From Amphiscolops sp. MND2022 (lineage: Eukaryota), in the NCBI GenBank assembly GCA_964187785.1, contig OZ076413.1:45138001-45202000 (forward strand): a stretch of 64,000 nt of DNA, read 5' to 3'. Every line of letters begins with the position of its first letter. The stretch's first letter is position 1. Shown one piece after another: positions 47,330-60,671 of the stretch. The notes beneath the pieces are model-generated. The model was not told where the DNA came from. It ran no database searches and worked only from the letters and a program-made list of their open reading frames with translations. Made by a program: the position numbers and the translations under genes.

Positions 47330-49330
47330 CGCGCTTCAATTCGACCATATCAGTGGCATTGTAGGTGCCCACTGGCATAGACTACCAAGTTTGATGCCGA
47401 TCTGTGTGATACTTGTTGAGAAAATAGGAAAAACGTGGCACCCAAAAAAGTGCGCAAAAAGGCAGTTTTTTCTTATTTTTTCCGAGTAACCCGGGCACCT
47501 TAGCCGACGGGTGGGGCTATATTGCAGCCCACCATCGTGACTTGTGCTAGTTCCTACGTTGCAGCAGAGAATTTGAGCTTGCTAGCTTTTTCCAGTGGAC
47601 CGCAATCTTGAAAAAGACGTGAAAAACAGTGTATTTCGGTACATAGTGGTACCGCACGTCTGTACTTAAGTGAAACTGTGTAGAAGCGGTGCAGCTCAAT
47701 TCTGTGTTCATTTTCGTGAACCTACGTGTACCTAAGATCTGCTGGTCAATTTTGGGCTTGATACGGCGCTTCCAGCGCACACACGAGCCTCTTGATTGTT
47801 GTAGTGCGATTTTTGGAAAATCCAAAAATTCTTTGAAATTCTTCCTGTGGGTGACTGGAGACTTTTTGCCCTAGACCAGGTTGATTTTCTGGCCCAGTGA
47901 GCTTGTGGGAAAGCGCTGTGCAAGTTTGAACAGCCTACGAGCCTTAGAACGTTTTTTGAGAAGTCTTGGACGTTGAAAAAACATCAATTTTCTTAGGTCC
48001 TCACCAAGACGAGCAGAGGTCCAAATCCTTGAGAAGACCCCCTGCAAGCCTACCACCGTCTATTTCACTACTCTAACAGCGTGGTTGGTGCCTACTGACG
48101 GCGTCTGCCAAGTTTGGTGTCAATTGCTACTATATCTGTTGAGAAATTGACTAAAACAAACTGCACAAGAAGGTGCGCAAGAAGGCGAGTTCTACGAAGT
48201 CTTGTGGGATTGCCTGAACACCTTATTCAAAGAGTGGGGCCAAATTGCTGCCCACTATCGTAACCAGTGCAAGTTTATCGTCTTGTTGCCGAAAACACGA
48301 GCTTGAGAGCTCTTTGCAGTTTGCCGGAATCTGAGTTGACACGTGAAGAACACTGCATATTGGAACACGGTGATACCGAACGTCTGTACTGTGTTGAAAC
48401 TTCACCTAGTCATCTCAGCACAAATCAGCTATTATTCCCGTGTATCTCAACTTACGAGGGATTGTGTGGTTGATTTCGAAGCCGATCCTGCGTTTCTAGC
48501 GTTAGCGCTAGCCTTTGGAATTTTTTTTCAAGTGAAGCTGAAAAACCCAAAAAACATCTGGAAAACCTCTGACCTGTGACTGGATCCTAATACCCCGATT
48601 CTGGACTCACTTTTTAGGTCAGTGCATCAATCCGGAAGTGCTGTATACGTTTCAGCACACTGCGACCCTTGGAACTTTTTTCGACGCTTCTCGGACGTGC
48701 ATATTCATTGTGTCAGTTAGAGGTCTCACTGAGACGAAAACTGGGAAAGTGAGGAAAAAAAGCAAGTTCTACGTGCTGGAAACCTGTTGAAACCCCTAGT
48801 TTGAACTCCCAGCAGTTATTTCATTGCTGTGCGTGTGATATTTGATCAGTATCGAGTGGGTTGCCTTGCTGGATCATAGCATTTTGTTACTTGAAGTTGT
48901 GATATCCTGTGTATTGTAACGAATTGGAGCATTTTTTGGAACTATCGGCGCACCTTATTGGAAAGTTGGGATAACATTACCCTGGACTATTCCTATTAGT
49001 GTCAGTTGGTGCACCGTTGCTGAAAAAAGTGAGCTCGAGAGCTCAGCACTGTGGACAAGAGTCTTTGATTGCAGGTAAAAAAAGTGTCAATCGAGACACG
49101 GTGATACCGAACGTCAGCATCAGATCTAAATCTTGCCCAGTGGTCTGAATTCTCATTGGTTGATACTGTAGTGTAGCTGGCTATACGTGTGATCGCGTGA
49201 CCAATTTTGAGCCCGATACCACGTTTCCAGCACTTGTAAAAGCCATCTGAGTGATTTTCAAAAAAAAGTTGGAAAATTAAAAAATCGTTGAAAAAGGCTC
49301 TAGCTTGAAGCTGGAGGCAATTATCAGCTA
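47330..49330 (+). repeat. Degenerate ~725-bp tandem repeats in element 2 leader
   Basis: ACA(T/C)(A/G)GTG(G/A)TACCG(C/A)ACGTC at about 47641, 48365, 49095; CCAAGTTTG..TGTTGAGAAA..GTGCGCAA at about 47385 and 48108. Confidence 0.7.
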
Positions 49331-49995
49331 CTGAAGGTTATTTTTCTGACTTGTGTGGCTGACAAATTGTGCTGTGTCATTTTTTACCCAGTACGATTGG
49401 TAAAACTGAATTTGACTTTGTTCAGACACACGTTTTGAACGAAAATCCCGAAAACGCCAGAAAAACTATCAGTGTAAATCTTCAGTACTTCCACTGTACG
49501 GAAGGCAGACCCAAAAAGCCTTCTTTTTCCAACGGAAGGGACCCAGTAGACCTTCCTGGGTGCAAACGAGGCAAATCCCACGGTTCAAAAAAATTGCCGG
49601 CAGGGGTCATAAATTTTGGACTCCTCTGGAACTTTGAAATTTGATCCTGAACAGTTCAAGGCAGCAGTTTTAAGTGCCTGCGACGCACTCTGGACTACAT
49701 TTTTCCAAACGAAAATCTCTAGGAGTTACCTTGAGCAGGGTTTTCGATATCCAAAAGAGACCCTGTGAGTTCCGACTTAGCCAAAATCACGAGATTTTGA
49801 GAGGAGCAACTTCCTAGTGACGACAAATTTGAGCGGATTGCCCGAGTGTGACACCTTTTTGAACACTCTGGTGCCTCATTTTGGTGTTATTTTGCTGTAT
49901 CGAGTAGCATCAACGCCGAATATTACGCCAAATTGGCAGAGAATTCCTTTGGGCAATTGCAAAATATCCAAATCTCTTGAGGTTGAGAGGCGAAG

Positions 49996-52900
49996 TTGCT
50001 ACCGAGTTTGCTGAAAGACTACTTTGAGCCACATTCTGCTACATCTAACGCTGGAATGAAACCTTCGGAACAATTCCAACGCCTCTACTTCCTTTTGAAG
50101 GGGGGAGAGGGCACCAGCGCAGCACAACCAATCGATGAACCGGCCTCGATATCTTTGAACAACGCAACCATGGGCATGGCTCACACGTCGCCTAGGGATC
50201 GAGGCGGGTTGCTCGAGGACAATCATGGTACTGATGACCCAAAAGATGAATTGATATCTCCCGAACAGTTGAAATTCACGGAGGCGATATCCAAAACTAT
50301 AACTAAAGCGTTGGCTCCCTTGATTGCCAATCGTGATCAAACCGCTGTTCGACCAACCTTATACAGAGGTTCGAAAGACGGGACTGTTGAAGAGTGGTTG
50401 CTCGTGATGAAACGGTATTTGGAGCGAGTTTATTCAAATGCTTCACCTGTCGACAAGGCCTGGGCGATAATCGATCACTTAGGTGATGAAGCTCGGAGTT
50501 TTATAATCAACAAACCGGAGTCCGAACGGGATTCTCACGAGAAGGTGACTACCTTGCTCTCCAGCAGATTTGGGACTGGGAAAAGCCGCTGACCAGTGAG
50601 GCAGGCTTTCAGGTTGCGGAATCAGCTTGAGAAAGAGGGCCTGATGCAGTATCTAGATGCATTAGAGAGTCTGAGGAGTCAGGGTTTTCCTGATGAGCCT
50701 ATCACTACCCGACGCTATGAAATCTTGCATCGGTTCATGGATGGGGTCAGCGATCCCGTGTTGCAACGAGAACTGACGGTAGTGTTTGCGACTGAGGCGT
50801 ATCTAGCCGACCCACCTACCGTGGAGTCACTTCGGTTCACTGTACAGGAACTCCAAAGGAGTCGTCACCAACAACAGCCTCGTGACCCAGGGTGCACCGA
50901 GACTGTACCTTATCAGTGCCTACAGAGCGACCAAGTGCCGGGGTCACCAGTGGCTCCGCAGTATGAATCGCTGCCACCCCTTGCACGCCGGTCGGCGCGA
51001 TTGCCGATGCCGGCTGCGTCAGTACACACAACCCCCGAATACAGACAGACCGCAACCTTAGAGCAATCCGCGCGCTGCTTGCAGAGTGCTTGCGCGAGAC
51101 GCAAGCTGGTGGTGCATCGCCCGGAGCATATTCTTGACCCACATAGTGAGTCCCAGCAAGGTGCTGCAGCAGCGGTTCCAGCGCCTGCTGTCCCAGTGAA
51201 ATCGTGCACAACTGAGGTGTCTGCAGGTTGTCCAACATTATCAATCCAGTCAGAAACTTCCAGCCCTAGGGCTGAAGAAAAGAAGAAAGCGGATGCAACG
51301 CAAACCCTGTCTACTGCCTCTGGCAGGGTATTAATGCTACGTCCAGCTGACCAAGCCACCGTAAATGCTCCATTGACTGTCACCTGTGGCACAAAGCAGG
51401 TGCAGACAGGTTTGGAGTCCACAACGTTTGACCTTAGTGGCCGGACTTTATTGTCTGTACACCTAGTGCTGGCCTCGGAGCAACAAACACGCCCAGATTT
51501 GACTGTGGAAAAATTGAAGCTGGAGTTAGCTAGCAATTCGGCTGTCAAAAAGATCTCCTTACCACTGCCAAAAGAATGGTATACTGAAGGCGAAGCTAGC
51601 ACAAGCACGGCATACTCGCCTGTTCCTGTGCACGCTAACATAGATGGCGTGGACATGAAATTTGACGCTAGCGTGGTGGTAGATGTGTTCCCTCAGGGAG
51701 TGTGTCTAGGGCAACATGAACTCCGCTGCTATAGCATCAGCAAGCAAGAGCCCACAGGTGAGGCCCGCATAGATGAGCGTGCGTCGCTCGTAGTATCTTT
51801 TGCAGTGCCAGATGCCAACCCTATTCCACTGAGAGGAATGGTTGACACGGGGTCAGGCGTATCAATCATGAGTTTCTCAGCCTTCAACCGTGTAGCCTTG
51901 CGGAAAGGTGTAGCGCTAAAACCTTATCGAATCGACTTGTATGCTGCTAATGGGAAGACGATGAAAACGTTTGGAATAGCGGAGCGTGTGCGCTTCCAAC
52001 TTGGTGGATATGAACTCGAAACAAATTTCGTGGTCGTTGATGACGCACATGGCTTGGAAGATTTCTTGCTGGGTAGGAATTTTCTGCGAGCATACAACGT
52101 GCTGGTAGATCTGACCTCCATGAAAATAGTGGTGCGAGCCCCGGCTAAGCCCGTGTGGCATCACGCACACGCCCAGACGAGCGATGAAACATTATCCAGT
52201 ACAGTAGTTTTGGATCAAGACGTAGTGCTACAGCCATTCGAGCGTGCTGTTCTACGTGCCAAGGTGGTCACTTCGAACTTGGAAGCTTTTGCTTTCAGTA
52301 ATGTTGTGATTAACTTTGCAACACCGAACCGATTGCTGAAGAACACTATATTCGTGGAAGACACTATAGCCACTGTTGGAGAGACAGGTTCGTTCTATGT
52401 CTCTGTTGGCAACCTGACAAGCAATGCCCAGAAAGTGAAGTGCGGCACCATGCTTGGTACTGCTGCGCCAGTACGCCTAGTCTACCATGCAGTTCCCCAA
52501 TGCGCGCTAGCGCACAAAGACGAGAGTGACGAAAAATCGGACTCCCCAAATGAGTTCGTCAACAGGGTCTATTCTGAAATGGACCTGAACTCGCATTCAA
52601 ATTGTTCGTCGTCGTCGGAGTTCGAGTTTCTCTCCTCTACAGACCCATCGGAGGAGGGGTTGTCAGAGCGCGAGATCAGAAAGCGCACTGACCCTGATCT
52701 CTTGGCCCCTATTCCTGGACCCGAATCTCAGTTAGAGGAGGTACAAAAGTTGTGGGGGAAGACTGCCCGCGACTCGCTGAACAACATCCTTACGGAATTT
52801 GATGACCTATTCATGAAGCACAAAGCAGACATTGGTCGCTGCACAATAGCCAAGCATCCTGTTGAATTGGAGCCCAGGGCTACACCGCACCGTGAAGGCG

Positions 52901-54789
52901 CGAGAAGAATGTCGCCTGACAAGGCGGAGCGCGCCAATCAAGAAGTACGCAATCTCCTGGCTTTGGGCATGATCCAACCTTCGCTATCACCTTGGGCGAG
53001 TGGGATTGTGATGGTAAAAAAGAAAAATGGGGAGTTGCGATTCTGCTGCGACTTTCGCCCCCTGAACGCTGTCACAATAAAGGACGCGTATCCCCTCCCA
53101 CGCATCGATGAAAACCTTTCACGCTTGGGTAAGGCCAAGATTTACACTAGCATTGATTTGGCCTGGGCTTTCTGGCAGATACCAGTCCGCAAAGCAGATA
53201 GGCAGAAAACGGCCTTTGCCTGCGAGCTGGGTTTGTTTGAATGGAAGCGTATGCCCTTTGGGATGTGTAACGCTTCAGCCACTTTCCAGCGAGCCATAGC
53301 GCGAGCGCTACGGAAAATTGTGAACCGGGAAGGAAGCATGGTGATGGCGTATATTGACGACATCGTCATTGCTACCGAGACAGTCGAGGACCACATGGTA
53401 CGCTTACGCGAGGTATTTGAATGTCTGCGCGAAGCTGGCTTCAAAATGAGAGTCGCTAAGTGCGACTTTATGAAGTCGGAAATCAAGTACCTGGGACGTG
53501 TGGTCTCTGCCGAAGGTATCAAACCTGATCCTAAAGCAGTGGTAAAACTACGCGATTGGGAAGTACCGAGGAACAAAACGGAGATGCAAAGCTTTTTGGG
53601 CTTCGCCAACTATTATCGAGAGTTTATTCCTTGGCACGCCAAGCTTGTGGCCCCCTTGCATGCTATTACCGGCCTGGGCGCGACTTTCGCCTGGGGGGAT
53701 GAGCAGCAACAGGCTTTCAACGCCGTCAAATTGGCTTTGATCGAGGCAACTGCTTTGGCGCAACCGGACTCGGAGGGCGAATTTGTGCTGGACACTGATG
53801 CCAGTGCTGTTGCAATTTCCGGCATTTTGCATCAGTGGCAGGGTCCTCCGGGCGAAAGGCGCCTGAGACCAATTGTGTATGGTAGCAAGAAGTTGAATGC
53901 CACTCAAGCGAAGTATGGCGCTCCCAAGCTTGAAATGTACGCAGCTTATTATTTCATCTTGAAGAATCACAGTTATCTCTGCTCCAGAAAGTTCATCCTT
54001 CGGGTTGACAATCAAGCTCTCTCTTGTCTCAAAACGTATTCCACTGATCAGGCCTTGATTGGACGATGGATTATGGCACTCGAGAAGTACCATTTCAAAG
54101 TGGAGCATCGTCCCAGGACACAGCATAGAAATGCCGATGGCCTCAGTAAACGAACCAATGATTATCGGTGGCGAGAGAAGCAGCTCGAGAAGCTGCCAGC
54201 TGTGACAGACAAATGGAATTTCCTCTCACAGGAGGAGTTTGACCAGCTGCCCGTGGCACTTTGGTTCGATTTGCATGGTCGGGTGATACCCAATCACCCC
54301 CAATTGCCCGCTCACTTGCGGAACACTGAACCAGACCCCACAAATGCAGTTTGTCGTGTTGCACGACGGCGTAAGCGCCGTCAGGCCGCTGAGAAAAGGG
54401 AGAGGGCGCTACGCGCTCCTCTACCTGAGGCACTAGTGCCTACATTGCAAGCTCACGAAGACTTCTATCCAGATTATCCTGAGGACTGGATTGACGTCAC
54501 TGAAGAGGCTAGGCAAGATTACTTGCTGCCTACACATGTGGCAAATATCCCCTCACGCATGACATATGCCCTTGACGAAACAGTGGAGCAAGCTATGGCT
54601 TCCGCTCCAACGGTGGTTAGGCAAGAACGTCCGTGCATGATTGTAATGCCACAATTGTACCAGCATAAAATTTTGTTTCGTGCTCATGATGCCATGGGCC
54701 ACCAAGGCATTGCAAAGGTGGTTTCGCGAATCCAGGAACGCCACACCTGGCCAGGTATTCGCCGCAGCGTTGGTCAGTACGTGAGTTAG
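49996..54789 (+). pseudogene. gag-pol: Element 2 gag-pol (capsid-like, tandem protease, RT, RNase H) in one frame with TGA at 50590-50592 and TAG at 54787-54789
   Basis: RPTLYRGSKDG..WLLVMKRYL; MVDTGSG; YIDD; VLDTDAS; about 90-aa in-frame deletion near 54625 relative to element 1. Confidence 0.93.
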
Positions 54790-57700
54790 TGCCTCACGTG
54801 CCAGCAAGTACGTGACAGGCCGGGAGACGTTCGGTTTCACTTGAAAAATATCCAAAGTGGGTATTTCAATGAGCTAGTCCAGTATGACCGTCTAAAAATA
54901 TGCCCCTCCGATACCAATAACACCGGCATATTGGTGATAATTGACCATTTCTCCAAGTTTGCGGAGGCTGTACCTTGCAGCCATGAAGACAACGATGCCG
55001 TGACCACGTCTAGGTTGCTTTTGCAGAAATGGTTTGCCAGACACGGCACGCCTACGCGGATGCAATTAGACAATGCCCCCAACTTGACTGCAGAGGTATC
55101 CAATGAGTTCATGAGGGCATCTCAGGTCACAAAAGTTACATCCACGGCGGGTCATCCGCGCACCCAAGGCCTGGTTGAACGACAAAATCGGACTTTGCTG
55201 ACTTTGTTGCGGGTATTTTGCTCGCGTCGCATGAGAGATAGGGACCAGCATTTGGATGAAGTCATGGGAGCGTATAACTCAACGCGCCATGCCACGACTG
55301 GATTTTCACCCTACATGCTGACCCGAGGGACCGAAAAGGCTATTCCTCTCACCTATCTGTATCCGGAGTTCGCAGCCAGATCATTTGAATCGCATGGAGC
55401 TTATGTGGAGCATATTCTTGCTCGCCAGCAAGAGATTCATGACTTGGTGCGTAGAAACACGCATCAGGCGCAACAACGTCAAAAGCTAAAATATGATCGA
55501 GCTATTCGTGCAGACGCATACAATGTGGGAGACCCCGTTTGGGTATTCTGCCGCTATGTACCTCAAAAAGGATCACCGAAGTTGATGAGAGCTTGGCGTG
55601 GTCCGCACAAGGTTGTCCATGTACTACAAGATGGCCGTGTGTATTTCTTGGACTCAGGACAAAAAGTGCACTTTGAGCGGCTGAAACCTCATCATGGTGA
55701 CCCTACGGAGTTTGCTGCGCTTCCCTCGGGGAGTGGCGAAGTGGTCGTTGTCATGGATCCTGAGCCTGAGCACTCTGCTGAGGAGATCCGAGATGACTGC
55801 TCACAACCCTCATATCGCGAGGAAGAACCGCTCTCTGAAGCATCAGATGTATCGCAACCATCAAGGAGACGCCACTGGATGGACACCAGGTTGCGTACTA
55901 GAATGCGAGCTGGAGGCAGTCGTCTCCACTATCAGCAATTTGACTATTCCAGTTCCGACTCAGAGCGTTCGCGCTCTGACGACTTGCTGTCAGATGCCCG
56001 AGATCATCCCCAGGAAGAACCTCCGGCGCTATTCGAAGCTTCAATGCCTCCCGATGATCAACCTCGGTCATTTGAACCTGCCAATGACTACGAGTTTCCA
56101 TTTTCATCCGAATCTGAAGTTATTCCGGAAGTACCTCAATCGCAAGATATTCCCGTTGCAACTGGAGAAGCCGAAGTATCACTAGCGGGTACATCTGCTC
56201 CTCTGTTGACAAATCCTACATTGACGGATGTGCCTATTAGTATTCCCCAATTGCCGAATGGTACCTCCAACCTCCAAAACACTGAAACCCGTGACACCGA
56301 GTTATCCAACACCAACGAGCCAACTGCTCGGAACAATGTCCCTAGCACGCGTGGCAGGGGCAGATCGCGAGCTGCTCTATCTCGTTGTTCGACACGAGCA
56401 ACAAACTCCCGGTCGCAGAACGTGAGCGTGCGCGCTCAAAGGACTCCCAGTCGCAGAGGACGTCCTCGAGGACAACCTCCTCGGAGGCCACGAGGACACA
56501 CTATTTCTTCACGGCAAACAGCTCGTGAAAATGACACACAGCCATCAATTACATCCGATTCTGACTCTGATGCGCCCACCGCGCAGCTTACATCCGATGT
56601 TGACCAAGGCGCAACGCAGGTTAACCCACACTATGGCTTACGCCGGAATCGAGTACCTCGATATCGATGTGGAACCTGTGGGTTCCGCGATTGCACTTGT
56701 GTCATGGCTCTGAACAAATCGCCCACTATCCCACTTGGACCTGTGAAAGCTCCGGTGGATCCAAAGCCTCAACCTTTTATCCACAATGGTAAGCTTCATG
56801 TCAGTCGCGTGGTCATCCGCGCAGAGAAGACATACACCGGTCTAGAACGAGAACGTATCTTCCCTGTAGACGTCGTGCTGGAAGAATTATCTAAATCCAA
56901 GATTGCTGAGGAACCTTGTCCTCGCTTCAAAGAGTGGACAAGCGATCTCCGCGGTTTGGAATTCACACTTGCCGTCACAGTGCCTCCTGTCACTCCTAAT
57001 ATTGTATTCGGACCTTTCAATTATGAGAGGGAACCCATCCAAATGGTCCGCTGTATCACCGCTGACCTCCTATCTGACAAATACGGCATCACCTGTCAGC
57101 CTGGTGAAGTGTATCGCCCAGCCCAATATTGGTGGTTGCTGGTGACTGCCCCACATGCTCACTCTTTGGTCCAGCCTGACAGCTTGCGGAGCTGTCTAGA
57201 GAGTTTGCGGACTGTTGTCACTGAGGAACTCATTTTGTGCTTCCACATCGTTGATCTTTATCGTGGAAAACTACGGTTCCGATGGTGGCTAGAGCTGATT
57301 ATCACTTTGTTCGCCAGCTTCCCTCGTATCCGCCTTTTGGATGATTGGACCCATTCCTGGTCAACAGCAAATGTGGATAATCAGTCCCTGTCGAGGTCCG
57401 TATGGCAGGATCTATCTGCTATTCGTGGACAGAACCATATAGACCCAGCTGATGAAAAAGGTCCCGGAGGTCAGATTGTGTTTCCTGGTGCCCTACGACC
57501 AAATTTGGTCGACTACATTGTTTACGACCAAACTGATTTCTTGCAGGTGCAGGGCCACGTAGCAGTTTGCTGCCCTGCAGACCTTAATACCAATTCTGCT
57601 GCCTTGCGCTACATTCTTCGCGAGTGTGGCAGCGACAAAATATTCAAACTTCGCCCAACAGTTGGTGAAGTCCTAACTATCCCATCCTCAGTGTCTTTTA

Positions 57701-57987
57701 TGGATAATCAAGTTATTCACCTAATGATAACACGCCCCTCCCAGCGTTCACCACAAATCACCGATGACTTTTTCTTATGCTTGGAGCACTTGAAAGCTTC
57801 ATTATTGTCCAACGAAACCCCTGATATTCACTTCCCCATAGTGGACCCTGAACGCCAACTTCGCAGTTTGGACAATTTTTATCACAGTGTCATGGACGTT
57901 TTAGCAGGAACTGATATCACTGTATTTCTGCATGATCGCGTCTATGTCTCCATTGGCAGTATTGAACAATTTCCTGGCATCACTTAG
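54790..57987 (+). pseudogene. pol: Element 2 integrase core, linker and tandem macrodomains (same frame after the TAG)
   Basis: CLTC, VQYD, MQLDN, LVERQN, WRGPHKV, RRGRPRG, RCGTCGFRDCTC, two TARG1-like repeats ending LHDRVYVSI. Confidence 0.93.
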
Positions 57988-59083
57988 CTTTAACGTAAAT
58001 TTTTTTTGTTAATTTTCTATTTGCTATCCTGATATCTCATGCTTAATACGCGTTGCTGGTTACCTTGTGGTAGCGTGCGTTGAAATCCATTGCCAGAACC
58101 ACACTCCACTTCTTTTCAAGGGGGGAAGGGGTGTCTTCAACGCCCAATCCATCCTCTCGCATTTTCTTCGCATTTTTGTTAGTCATTGCTATCTTTATAT
58201 TAATGAAGGTGCTCAACGATTAAAGCCCGGGGAGCCCCAGTGCAAAAAATAACCCAAAAACTCTACATGTATTGCTACGCCCGAAAGGTGGTATTTTTGT
58301 TTTTTTTTTCCAAGATTTCCAGAAGTTTCTTCCAGATTCCAATGTGATATCCGGAGAAATAAGGAGCGCGCGCGCTCCTGATCTGCAAATGGCAGGATTT
58401 GATCTACCTTTGTCTGCTTTACTCCAGTGCTTACTCTTACGAGCAGTTCGTAGTTTGCTTCTGATGCGCTCCTTGACAGATGCTACTGAACTCTATCCAG
58501 GTATGGAGCTGCACATCAGTGCGTGTTGCCCAAACCAAGCCGAACTGTAAAAAAAACAAAGTATCGAAGAAACAGCTTGTCTTCCTTCCAAACAGTGGTT
58601 TTACTGCTGAAAAGAAGTTTTAGCGAAAAGAACTTTTAACTGTGCTGCAAACTGAAATTTTATTGCCGTGGAAAAGATGTTTTGCTGAGAACCACGTGCG
58701 CTTTGGAGCGTGAGCGCTCCGTAAAAGAAATTTTAGACGTCCAAAAACCAAAGTGCTAGCAGTATCCTATTCAGACTTTTGCAGAAAACTCGTGCTAAAA
58801 AAGTGGTGCTTTTTTGATTGATGTATGGAATCTTGGATTTGATCAATTTCAAGGTGCATTTTTGAGTACTGGTTTTCTAGCTCTCGAGCTAGCTCTGTTT
58901 CAACAGTTTCTGGACGATGCAGGTTCTCTGGATGGCAAGAAGCAAGACCTCATGATTGCCCAATCAGCAAAAGATGACAGTGCCACTGGACCATTGCAAC
59001 ATCACCAGTTTGAGACCAGTTTGCACTCATGATGTGGCGATGTATTCAATGCCAGCCTCTCCGCATGACAGGGACGTCATGCA

Positions 59084-59100
59084 TAAAGCCCGGGGAGTGA
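59084..59100 (+). promoter_or_regulatory. Polypurine tract of element 2
   Basis: TAAAGCCCGGGGAGTGA immediately before the 3' LTR. Confidence 0.75.
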
Positions 59101-59873
59101 TGTAACGGCAAGCTCTGGGACAGCAATATCAACCGATTTTGCAACTTTGACATGTTCAGAAATTTTGTCAAAAATTCTAATCCGATGTGTGACGTGGCAC
59201 TGAGCATGTGATTGCTCTTTTCGCTGTTTCCACGAAATTGGCAGGTACTTCGACAACAAAGAGCAAGAACGAGCAAAAACACGGGCGCGCCGCCATGACA
59301 GAAGCCACAGACGGCAAGAACATCCGAAAATAGACTCTTTTTGAGGTGCTAACACCGGTTTTATCGATTTTCAGCATTATGCTACCCCATGTAGCGGAAA
59401 CCGTAAAAATGAGTCTTTTCGCCTAAAGATCCTTGTTTGGTGCTTGGAGCCCCTGCGCCCCAGCTTTTTAGCTGTGTGGTTTGCCATATTTGTGCCTGTT
59501 TTCATGTATTTTCAGTGATTTTGGCTGTATTCAGTAGCGTTAGCGCTCGTTTAGATCTTATTCCCCAGTTTTAGATCTTATTCACATGTCACCCTGGAAC
59601 TGGAAATTTACCTTATTCTTGGCATTGTTTTTATATGCTAGTTAAGCGGTGGTCTTTAGAGAGCCAGAAAGATGCCCGTTACTATTAGCAATCAAAGACT
59701 AGGACCGGTTAGACAGTATTCGTCGAAGCACCCACGGCCCCGGGACGTATTTCACCCCTGGAGGCAAAATGGATCTGTGGCGATGGGCGCCTGTCCCGAG
59801 CGATTCACCCATTCCTGCAGGTTCCTCCACCTCTGTTAACGCGTTAAGCGACCGATAACTGCTTGCCGTTACA
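59101..59873 (+). repeat. Element 2 3' LTR
   Basis: 773-bp direct repeat of 44820-45592. Confidence 0.97.
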
Positions 59874-59939
59874 AAACTACAAAACTACTGGACCGGCAAA
59901 CGGAAACGAATCTAAGTTAGTGCAAAGGCCCTTTCGTTT

Positions 59940-60578
59940 ACTCGCTTTTTAACGTAAGATACAAAGCCGAACGATACTATAGGGTACCCCTTTGAATTTT
60001 TTTCGGCACTGTGCGACTGTTTTTTGAATTGTTTTGTCGCCAAAGGATTCCCCTTCAAGTGTTTTTTTCATATTTTGCAGCAAACTGCAGTTTCGAAAAG
60101 CCCAAAGGGTCTTCCTTTTCAAGTTTTTCGGCACTATGAGACTGTTTCAAAATTCTCCCTTTTTAACGTAAGATACAAAACCGGACGAGACTATAGGGTC
60201 GGGTACCCTTTGAATTTTTTTTCGGAACTGTGCGACTTTTTTCGAATTTTTTGTTGCCAAAGGATCCCTTTTCAAGTTTTTTTTTCATATTTTGCAGCAA
60301 ACTGAAGTTTCAAAAAGCCCAAAGAGTCTTCCGTTTCAAGTTTTTTGGCACTATGAGACTGTTTCAAAATTCTCATTTTTCGTTTTTATTCGAATATTTT
60401 TTAAAAATTTTTTTGGAATTTTTTAAAATGTCTCCAAAGGGTCCCACTTTATTTTTTGATATTTTGCAACAAACTGGTTTTCCAAAAAGCTGAAATGGAC
60501 CCCCTTTTCACAATTTTAAAAACTTTGCGCTTTTTGAGCCTTAGATATAGCGCCGACTTTAGACGTTCCCGTCTGGTT
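59940..60578 (-). mobile_element. HINE-like repeat with internal ~215-bp tandem duplication
   Basis: TTTAACGTAAGATACAAA at 59948 and 60162; terminus TTAGATATAGCGCCGACTTTAGACGTTCCCGTCTGGTT homologous to 4387-4424. Confidence 0.55.
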
Positions 60579-60671
60579 CAGAAAGACACTATAACGACAC
60601 TGTAGTGCGCGACTTGTTTTCCAGTATCGTAAAACGTGATCTCAGTTGATAAATTCAATGGGAAGACCTAC

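Larger units (their letters stand above)
44820..59873 (+). mobile_element. Full-length Ty3/Gypsy LTR retrotransposon, element 2 (15,054 bp), antisense in intron 2 of gene 2
   Basis: Two 773-bp LTRs, PBS, PPT, gag-pol homologous to element 1; flanked by AAA/AAA. Confidence 0.97.
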
